DNA from: a virus
Taxonomy: Duplodnaviria > Caudoviricetes
DNA: 31,819 nt
Virus record (IMG/VR): IMGVR_UViG_3300012166_000007
Location: 1-31,819 of that record
Strand: one strand, 5' to 3'
This document shows, one piece after another, positions 25,171 through 31,819 of this stretch (within the stretch, counting starts at the first letter, position 1; each line of letters begins with the position of its first letter). Under the pieces are notes generated by a model. That model searched no databases and was not told the DNA's origin. It was given only the letters and a program-made list of their open reading frames with translations. Position numbers and translations under genes: made by a program.

Positions 25171-25848
25171 TCACTTCACGAGAGTACTGGAGAACGGCGC
25201 CCCGTCGGGGAGCGTCATCTCCTTCATTCCAGTCCGGTCCACCAGGACCAGACGAATGACACTTGCGCCGTCCTCAAGGGGGCGCAAGGATGTGTCAGTC
25301 ACGGCGTAGAACTTCTCACTATTGGCGTTGATGAGGAACATCCCCGCCTTGACGGAGAGTTCCCCCACCTTGACGCTGTACGAGCCACTGGCCCCGAAGT
25401 TCTCGCGGGTGAGTACGGCGGGCTGGCTGTGACCGTACGCAGTGAACTGACCGCTGCTCACAGTTCCAGCCAGGACTACGTAGAAGCTCACGGGTGAGCC
25501 GTCCACGTCGGCGACGTGCGTCTGAAGTACCTTGACGCCGTCGCCGTACTTGTTCCTGTAGACGTCGCCCTTTTCGACCAGGGTGTTGTCCGGTCCGAGA
25601 GCTTCCTTCCATGCCTCAGTCAGACTGGACATACCGCCCATGGTGTTGAAGCCCAGGCGGTAGGCGTCGTCCTCTTCCAGCGCAAGCTCGCTCAGGCCGT
25701 CCTCGTAGTCGCCGAACACCTGGCCCAGCACGCATACAGAGCACGAGCCGAGGTTCAGACTGTCGAGGTCGACAAGGTCACGCCAGCCAGGCTGCTCAGT
25801 ATCGAGCAGCCTGATGCCAGCCTGAACCTTACTGCTGAAGTCTGTCAT
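25171..25848 (-). CDS. Hypothetical early protein (CSVCVLGQ N-domain plus beta domains)
   Basis: ACAAGGGGAGAGA RBS. Confidence 0.8.
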   Translation of the reverse strand: MTDFSSKVQAGIRLLDTEQPGWRDLVDLDSLNLGSCSVCVLGQVFGDYEDGLSELALEEDDAYRLGFNTMGGMSSLTEAWKEALGPDNTLVEKGDVYRNKYGDGVKVLQTHVADVDGSPVSFYVVLAGTVSSGQFTAYGHSQPAVLTRENFGASGSYSVKVGELSVKAGMFLINANSEKFYAVTDTSLRPLEDGASVIRLVLVDRTGMKEMTLPDGAPFSSTLVK

Positions 25849-25932
25849 CTTCTCTCCCCTTGTGGGTTTGTGTCATGCGATCCATGGCACATCAATGCCC
25901 ACATCAGAGATGTGAGCAAAGAAGATTGTGGA

Positions 25933-26019
25933 TCAGCCCTTCAGATATTTGACCGCGAAGTACACGAACGCCACCGCACCCGCAAGGGGCGGCAGGAGTA
26001 TCACTGTCTCCGCAATCAT
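25933..26019 (-). CDS. 28-aa membrane peptide (MIAETVILLPPLAGAVAFVYFAVKYLKG)
   Basis: GGAG RBS; ATGA overlap. Confidence 0.55.
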   Translation of the reverse strand: MIAETVILLPPLAGAVAFVYFAVKYLKG

Positions 26020-26390
26020 GACTTCTCCAGCATCGCGTCAACGGCAGCCTTCTGGGTGGTGAAATCCTTGACGGCTTCACCGGAGGTGGAACAGAACGAG
26101 TAGCGGACCACTTTACCATCCGATACGGCGTACTTGTTCACCAGCCCGACCAGCTTGCGACTGCCCTTGACCCGCACCTCGTACGTCTTTGGGGTCAGCC
26201 TGACAACGGCCACAGAAGCCCTTGAGAGCCCCTTGGGAGACGCTTCGGCAAGCTTCCTTGCCTTGGACCTGTTCCGTCCGTTACGGGACGTCTCAGGCAC
26301 CCTGTTGCCAGCACCGAACCCCACGAACCGGGAGCCCTTGAGGGGCTCACCGGCACTCATGAAGGTTTCATCGAATGCAAGGTGACTCAT
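26016..26390 (-). CDS. Basic hypothetical early protein
   Basis: ACAAGGGAGAGAG RBS. Confidence 0.75.
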   Translation of the reverse strand: MSHLAFDETFMSAGEPLKGSRFVGFGAGNRVPETSRNGRNRSKARKLAEASPKGLSRASVAVVRLTPKTYEVRVKGSRKLVGLVNKYAVSDGKVVRYSFCSTSGEAVKDFTTQKAAVDAMLEKS

Positions 26391-26470
26391 AGTCTCTCTC
26401 CCTTGTGCAGTCCGGCAGTGATGCCGTCAATGCCCACATCCAGAGGATGCGGACAAAGAGTGGTCACTGA

Positions 26471-26803
26471 CTACATGTTCTTTTCGATCCAGTCGGCGAT
26501 CTCGTCGAACGAGTTCTGCTTGCCGTCGTTCATGTTCATCAGCACGTCGGAGTCCACCGGTTCGACACCGAACGCTTCTGCCACCTTGCCAGGCAGGTAG
26601 CAGAAGTAGCCATCGAAGTGATAGTCCTCCGTGGCCTCCGGAATCTCCACCGCCGGAGAGAGGATGCCCGCCTCCACGGCAACCTCGGCCAGCACCCCAA
26701 GGCAGCAGTACGTGTTGCTGGAACTGCGCAGCCTGCCACGGCCCTGGGCATACTCGCCAGAACGCAGCTTCTCAAGCCACTGGGACTTCGCTGTGTTGTC
26801 CAT
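26471..26803 (-). CDS. Early protein, LRSG.Y.Q/CCLGV family
   Basis: ACAAGGGAGAGAG RBS; tandem paralog of the next gene. Confidence 0.8.
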   Translation of the reverse strand: MDNTAKSQWLEKLRSGEYAQGRGRLRSSSNTYCCLGVLAEVAVEAGILSPAVEIPEATEDYHFDGYFCYLPGKVAEAFGVEPVDSDVLMNMNDGKQNSFDEIADWIEKNM

Positions 26804-26880
26804 GTTCTCTCTCCCTTGTGTCGGCAGTGATGCCGCTGCAACGCTCACCCCGAAAGGTGAGCGCTCCATCTGGTCACTGT

Positions 26881-27264
26881 CTAGAATGCGTACTCGATCA
26901 CGTCCGCTATCTGTTCGAAGGTCAGCCCGTTGTCGTTGAGTTCCGTCAGGGAGACGGAGAAGTGGCGGTTCACAGTTGGGGACAGGTTGATGTATCCGGA
27001 CAGACTCTCCAGGCCGGACCACTGGCAGGCCATGTACGACAGCGTCGCAGCCTCGGGCTCGGTCTTGCCGTCCAGGCCCACGGTACGGTCGTCATCCAGC
27101 CACTGACGCAGCGGGGACAGGTCTTCCAGCACCCCGAGGCAGCAGTAGGACTTGGATCCGTCTTCCGCAGTCTTGCGGAGCCGTCCCTGCACCTGCTCGT
27201 AGTCGCCGCTCCGAAGAGCGGTGAGCCACTCGGCCTTAACCTTCGGGTCCATGCGCTTACTCAT
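26881..27264 (-). CDS. Early protein, LRSG.Y.Q/CCLGV family (first gene of the early operon)
   Basis: ACAAGGGAGAGA RBS. Confidence 0.8.
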   Translation of the reverse strand: MSKRMDPKVKAEWLTALRSGDYEQVQGRLRKTAEDGSKSYCCLGVLEDLSPLRQWLDDDRTVGLDGKTEPEAATLSYMACQWSGLESLSGYINLSPTVNRHFSVSLTELNDNGLTFEQIADVIEYAF

Positions 27265-27269
27265 GATTC

Positions 27270-27630
27270 TCTCCCTTGTGTTAAGGGGCTCACAGCCCGT
27301 GTAAGCCTCCCGGACAGCCGCCGCTACCAAAGGTACCAGCGACTCCCCGAAGGGGCCACGTACAGCCCTTGCGGACCACATGCAGCCCCTTCAACAAGGG
27401 GACCCATCAGCCCCCGAAGGGGTTGTGGGCCCTTATCAGCCCCCGAAGGGGCGTGATAAGAGGAAAGAGTAGGTGTACGAACTCACACTCGGCCACGTGC
27501 TCCGGGGGTCTCGCCCCGTCAGGGGCGGGCCAACCACACCAGTCATCGCAGCGGTGCACACGTTCCGAACGAACGCACCTTATCGAGTACCGAGCGCTTG
27601 ACGCAGGCTACTGCCTGCGGCTCGTACACA
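27270..27630 (-). ncRNA. Highly structured early leader RNA
   Basis: Multibranch domain plus back-to-back hairpins with cUUCGg and GCAA loops on the minus strand. Confidence 0.55.
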
Positions 27631-27634
27631 GCTT

Positions 27635-27657
27635 CATTATTCAGTTCTCAAGGAACG
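27635..27657 (-). promoter_or_regulatory. rrn-leader boxA-like element, copy 2
   Basis: CGTTCCTTGAGAACTGAATAATG. Confidence 0.6.
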
Positions 27658-27760
27658 AGGCTCGCTTTCTACTGACGCCTACGCATGTGGTCCTAGCCAC
27701 TACGCCTGACGCGTTCGTCCGCTGCCATCGTGAGCCCTGGGGCTTCACGTTGCGAGTCAG

Positions 27761-27789
27761 ACACTTTCATCCCCTGCGAATTCTGTCAA
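27761..27789 (-). promoter_or_regulatory. Early promoter candidate
   Basis: TTGACA-17 bp-AAGTGT (weak -10). Confidence 0.45.
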
Positions 27790-27932
27790 GCCCCTCTTGG
27801 GCGAGTCCTGTAGCCAGTTCACGTACACGCTGCGCATTCCCGAAGGTTGACATCGCAGTCATGGACGCTTGCCCGGCAAGCGGACTCAAGCGGGACCTGG
27901 ACAGAGCGCAAGCTCTGAATGGGTCGTCGTCA

Positions 27933-27954
27933 CAATGTGAAGTTCTCAAGGACC
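27933..27954 (-). promoter_or_regulatory. rrn-leader boxA-like element, copy 1
   Basis: GGTCCTTGAGAACTTCACATTG. Confidence 0.55.
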
Positions 27955-28054
27955 TGCGCCAGTCTCCACGTTCCCCGTTCTGGCGGTCCGTCTTGCTGAC
28001 AACCAGAACACTACGGATTGCAGAAGTGATGGACCGGAGCAAAGGGCGGGATCA

Positions 28055-28690
28055 TGGTCCAGGCTGGCCAGCATTCTGGGGCAAGTCGGACACATCGGGC
28101 AGGACAATCCGGACATACCTGGACCAAAAACTTCTTTGAAGTGTCCAGAAGCTGCCCTGATGTCGTACTAAACCAGGACAGACTGGACAGACTTATAGGG
28201 ATGAACTAGGACATCCTGCCCTCTGGGGCAGGCTGGATGAGGGGTTGTAGGGCTCTGGATTTGCTGGAGTGATGGGGATAGCAAAGCGCCTCACGTCCGA
28301 GTTGTCCGGAATGTCTGGGCATACATCCAGGTACATCCAGGCATGTCCGCTTCCTCCCCTGCTCACCTGTGTACACCCTTGCTCACATGAGCACCCTCAT
28401 CACGTGGATAGATGGAACACGCGCGCGGGTGTGGGTGCATGGTACAAGCCTTGGTACAATCACATACATCCACATACCTACCAATCGTAGGCTATGTGCC
28501 TGTTTTGCCTTGCATATGCAGGCATATCGGACATTCTGCCTTGCATATGTACACACAGGCGCACATATGTACACATGTTCACCCTCGCCCACCCGTGGCC
28601 AGCCCTGCTCACCCAGGCGCAGGGCTGGCCGACATGTCCTACCTTGTCCTGCCTTGGGTGTGTCCGTTTTGCCCTGACATGTCATGACTT
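28055..28690. repeat. Non-coding short-repeat region, probable genome terminus
   Basis: Many GGAC(A)/TGTCC units; TGCCTTGCATATG x2; CATATGTACAC x2; lies between the divergent early and terminase arms. Confidence 0.55.
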
Positions 28691-28760
28691 GACCCGGGGG
28701 TTGTTAACTGGGCCCTGAGAGAGAGAGAGTGAGTCCCCATAAAATTCCATCATACGTACC

Positions 28761-28776
28761 TGTGACCTACGTCACA
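28761..28776. promoter_or_regulatory. Crp-type binding site
   Basis: TGTGA-CCTACG-TCACA, perfect consensus. Confidence 0.6.
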
Positions 28777-28815
28777 CTGGTGGTAGAAACCCTTGGTATC
28801 ACTGGGCTGTAGCCC

Positions 28816-28831
28816 TGTGACGTACATCACT
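28816..28831. promoter_or_regulatory. Crp-type binding site
   Basis: TGTGA-CGTACA-TCACT, one mismatch. Confidence 0.55.
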
Positions 28832-29145
28832 TTGAAAGTTCGGTCCCGACACGCCGACGGGGACGGGTATAAGTAGTATGACTACGTACCCACACTATAA
28901 TCATGGCGAGCAGATGTACAGACTCAGTGTCGTGAGCCAGCCCTCTAGGGGCTGGGCACACTGCTTACCATGGTTTACATAGTCCCTCCCAAGGTCGGGA
29001 TCTTCACTCCGGTAGAGGGTCCGCCCCAAGGCGGAACCCGACTATGAAGGAGCCGCACGGCGATTGAGTTGCATATGTTTAACAGGTCCGTCAAGTTTAA
29101 CTAGCACCGCTAGTTTCAACATGATTATAGGGGTAGGAGTACGGC

Positions 29146-31134
29146 ATGGCGAAGGTCTTCGTGACAGAGGACGGAAGGAAGCTCAAGTCTGATCCTCGGA
29201 AGACTCCGTCCACGACCAGGGGCGGACCTAAGATCCGCAACACTTCTGACACCCAGGTCCGCAAGCAGACCTTCGTCAAGTATGTGAAGAACGGCAAGTC
29301 GATCAAGCAGGCCTGCATTGATATGGGCCTCACGGAGGCCCAGTACAAGTACCTGCGTGGATCTGATGCAAACTTCAGGGAAGAGATGGACCGTCTGCGT
29401 CTGATGACGCAGAACTCCAGTATCGCCGATGAGAACCGTTCAAACATCGCACCATTCGATGAATGGTGCATGGAGTACCTCGACACTCAGCTGTTCAACC
29501 ATCATCTTCAGTGGATCGATCTGCTGGAGGGTGATGAGCCCAGGAACCTTCACGAGAACCAGACGTACATCAAGGGTGAACCTGAGTTCCTGCTCATCAA
29601 CACTCCCCCTGAGCATGCGAAGTCCACCACCATCACGATGAACTATGTGACGTATCGGATCTGTCAGGACCCGAACATCCGAGTCATCATCGTGTCTCAG
29701 ACTCAGGAGATGGCCAAGAGGTTCCTGCGTGGAATCAAGGATCGTCTGGCGTCTGAGAACAAGAACTATCAGAAGCTCCAGGTGGACTTCGGGCCCGAGG
29801 GTGGCTTTGATGACGGAGCCGCCGCATGGACGGCGGACTCCATCTATGTGTCAAGCACTACCCGAGATTCGGGAGAGAAGGACCCTACGGTTCAGGCTCT
29901 CGGTATCGGTGGACACATCTACGGATCCCGAGCAGACCTCATTATCCTCGATGACTGCGTGACAGGAAAGAACGCTCATGAGTATGAGAAGCAGATGGAC
30001 TGGCTCCAGCGAGAGGTCTACAACCGACTCTCCTATCCTGGTGGCCGTATCCTGCTGGTTGGGACGAGGCTTGCTCCAATTGACCTTTACGGTGAGATCA
30101 TCAAGGATGACTATTATGGTGAAGAGACTTCTCCGTGGACGTACCTCACACAGCCAGCTGTGCTGGAGTTTGGGGAGACTTCGGACGAGTGGGTCACCCT
30201 CTGGCCGAGGACTAACCGTCCTCCTGTCTCTATCGCAGGACGTCAACTAGTAACTCAGTATGAAGACGGCATGTGGCCCATGTGGACCGGTGAGGCGCTC
30301 AGGAAGCGCCGCGCCTCCATGAGTCCGAAGAACTGGGCTCTGGTTTACATGCAGCAGTCCGTGATCGAAGACGCGATCTTCCCGATGAAGGCGGTAACAG
30401 GATCAGTAGACGGTATGCGAGCCGCAGGGCTAATGAGCAAGGGAGCGCCCGGACACCGCCAGAACGGAATGGACGGCCTCTATGTCGTTGGGGGATTCGA
30501 CCCTGCGATGACTGGCCACAGTGCGGCTGTAGTCATGGGAGTGGATCGCTATTCTGGGCAGCGGTGGATTCTGGACGTCTGGTCGAAGGGGAATCTGAAG
30601 CCTGACGACATCTTCGACAAGATCAAGGAGATGACGGTCAAGTACAACATCAACGAGTGGCGCATCGAGAAGAACGCCATGAACCTGATGGTGACCCAGA
30701 ACCGTGACATCAAGCAGTTCCTCGGGTCTCGTGGCTGCCTCCTGCGTGAGCACTTCACCGGGTCGAACAAGTGGGATACCGACTTCGGTGTCGCTTCCAT
30801 GTCCGTCCTCTTTGAAGGCTATGAGCGTAACGAGCAGCTGATCCATCTCCCTAGCCGCTCAAGCGGCGAGGGCGTGAAGATGCTTATCGAGCAGCTGACC
30901 ACCTGGGAGCCTCTGCCTCCGGGGCAGAAGAGCAGGAAGAAGACCGATACAGTCATGGCCCTCTGGTTCGCGGAGATCCGTGCACGTGAGCTGATTGGCG
31001 AGATCGACAACGTGTTCCACGTTGCCAACGAGTACCAGAGTCCGCGAGACAAGGACCGTACTACTACAATCGACCTGGACTATATGGCTCAGGCAAACAT
31101 GACCCGTGGGTCAGGAAATTTCTGGGGTAACTGA
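29146..31134 (+). CDS. terL: Terminase large subunit with N-terminal HTH extension
   Basis: PPEHAKST Walker A, LIILDD Walker B, VGTR coupling motif, GFDPA and DTVMA nuclease motifs; AGGAG RBS. Confidence 0.92.
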   Translation: MAKVFVTEDGRKLKSDPRKTPSTTRGGPKIRNTSDTQVRKQTFVKYVKNGKSIKQACIDMGLTEAQYKYLRGSDANFREEMDRLRLMTQNSSIADENRSNIAPFDEWCMEYLDTQLFNHHLQWIDLLEGDEPRNLHENQTYIKGEPEFLLINTPPEHAKSTTITMNYVTYRICQDPNIRVIIVSQTQEMAKRFLRGIKDRLASENKNYQKLQVDFGPEGGFDDGAAAWTADSIYVSSTTRDSGEKDPTVQALGIGGHIYGSRADLIILDDCVTGKNAHEYEKQMDWLQREVYNRLSYPGGRILLVGTRLAPIDLYGEIIKDDYYGEETSPWTYLTQPAVLEFGETSDEWVTLWPRTNRPPVSIAGRQLVTQYEDGMWPMWTGEALRKRRASMSPKNWALVYMQQSVIEDAIFPMKAVTGSVDGMRAAGLMSKGAPGHRQNGMDGLYVVGGFDPAMTGHSAAVVMGVDRYSGQRWILDVWSKGNLKPDDIFDKIKEMTVKYNINEWRIEKNAMNLMVTQNRDIKQFLGSRGCLLREHFTGSNKWDTDFGVASMSVLFEGYERNEQLIHLPSRSSGEGVKMLIEQLTTWEPLPPGQKSRKKTDTVMALWFAEIRARELIGEIDNVFHVANEYQSPRDKDRTTTIDLDYMAQANMTRGSGNFWGN

Positions 31135-31819
31135 TGAAGTGGGTATCAAGGGCAGATCTCGGGTGGCCCGCATCTGCGGCCCCCGACCAGCTGACCGCTA
31201 AGGGAGTCAAGATCCATTATGAGGGCACCAAGGTCTCCTGCAAGGAGCACAGTGACTGCGTGGCGCTCGTCAAGGCGATTCGGAAGTCGCATCTCGCTAA
31301 CACCAAGGAGAATTACTCCGACATCGCCTACAACCTCCTGGTCTGCCAGCATGGTCATGTATTCGAGGGTCGGGGTAAGCGGAAGCGTACTGGTGCCAAT
31401 GGAGACCAGACGCTCAACAAGGCTCACTACGCGATCATGGGCCTCCTTGGCAACAAGGGTGACACGGTTCCCTCCGCAGCCATGATCTCCGGCATCAAGG
31501 ATGCAGTCGCCTACATGCGTGGCTACGGAGCTGGCAAGGAGATCAAGGGTCACCGGGACGGTCACGCCACTGCGTGCCCAGGAGAGCCTCTGTACGCCCT
31601 TGTGAAGGCCGGAAAGCTGGAACCTGACGCTCCAGCACCCGCCAAGCCTGCGACGCCCGTAGAGGCCAAGCCAAAGCCCGTCTACGCACCATTCCCTGGA
31701 CAGGGCTTCTTCCGTATCGGCAAGAAGCACGCGCTGATCACTGCGATGGGCAAGCGCCTCGTGGCTGAGGGCTACAAGGGATACGACAAGGGACCTGGAC
31801 CAACATTCACCAGGGCAGA
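31134..31819 (+). CDS. Endolysin: PGRP-like N-acetylmuramoyl-L-alanine amidase plus PG-binding domain (runs off the window)
   Basis: TGATG coupling; MKWVSRADLGW..KIHY..YSDIAYN..VFEGRG..GHRD..ATACPG, Pro/Ala linker, then PFPG..FF. Confidence 0.9.
   Translation, partial: MKWVSRADLGWPASAAPDQLTAKGVKIHYEGTKVSCKEHSDCVALVKAIRKSHLANTKENYSDIAYNLLVCQHGHVFEGRGKRKRTGANGDQTLNKAHYAIMGLLGNKGDTVPSAAMISGIKDAVAYMRGYGAGKEIKGHRDGHATACPGEPLYALVKAGKLEPDAPAPAKPATPVEAKPKPVYAPFPGQGFFRIGKKHALITAMGKRLVAEGYKGYDKGPGPTFTRA

Noticed and set aside
21518-26879. Intergenic hairpins as integron attC sites
   Set aside because: No RYYYAAC/GTTRRRY cores and no integrase in the window; G.U and UUCG bias points to RNA function
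27340-27455. CCCCGAAGGGG repeats as a mini-CRISPR array
   Set aside because: Repeats are short and irregularly spaced, with 12-nt or self-complementary intervening sequence; they are UUCG hairpins
27369-28718. ORFs predicted in the control region (e.g. 27369-28139, 28369-28677)
   Set aside because: No RBS, atypical composition, overlap with repeats and structured RNA; treated as non-coding

Overview
About 32 kb of an actinobacteriophage genome, GC-rich and most likely a Streptomyces podovirus. The architecture resembles cluster BF-type phages (inference). The window appears to cross the genome-end junction in the non-coding stretch ~28.0-28.9 kb. 1-11.6 kb (+): 3' end of a tRNA, scaffold, major capsid, virion and tail proteins (a hyaluronate-lyase-like fibre and an SGNH esterase), an Acb2/Tad1-like protein and a holin. 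11.6-17.7 kb (-): micro-ORFs, split primase, resolvase, helicase, SSB, Cas4-like nuclease, an atypical tRNA and WhiB. 17.8-20.1 kb (+): metallophosphoesterase, endonuclease VII and a sigma-like factor. 20.2-27.3 kb (-): early genes including an ArdA-like protein and several paralog families. 27.3-29.1 kb: structured non-coding control region. 29.1 kb onward (+): terminase and the start of the amidase endolysin. The most striking unexplained structure is at RNA level. The early operon is built from repeated [stop codon - long hairpin, often with a tandem U.U mismatch - CAAGGG(G)AGAGA - ATG] cassettes. It is fed by a leader carrying two copies of an rrn-like boxA and a dense hairpin array, and it contains a riboswitch-like element and an antisense sRNA with its own consensus promoter. 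In addition, a 107-nt endonuclease remnant separates the capsid gene from its RBS and start codon, and the helicase appears to start at ATT. All family assignments come from motif recognition by eye; no database search was run.
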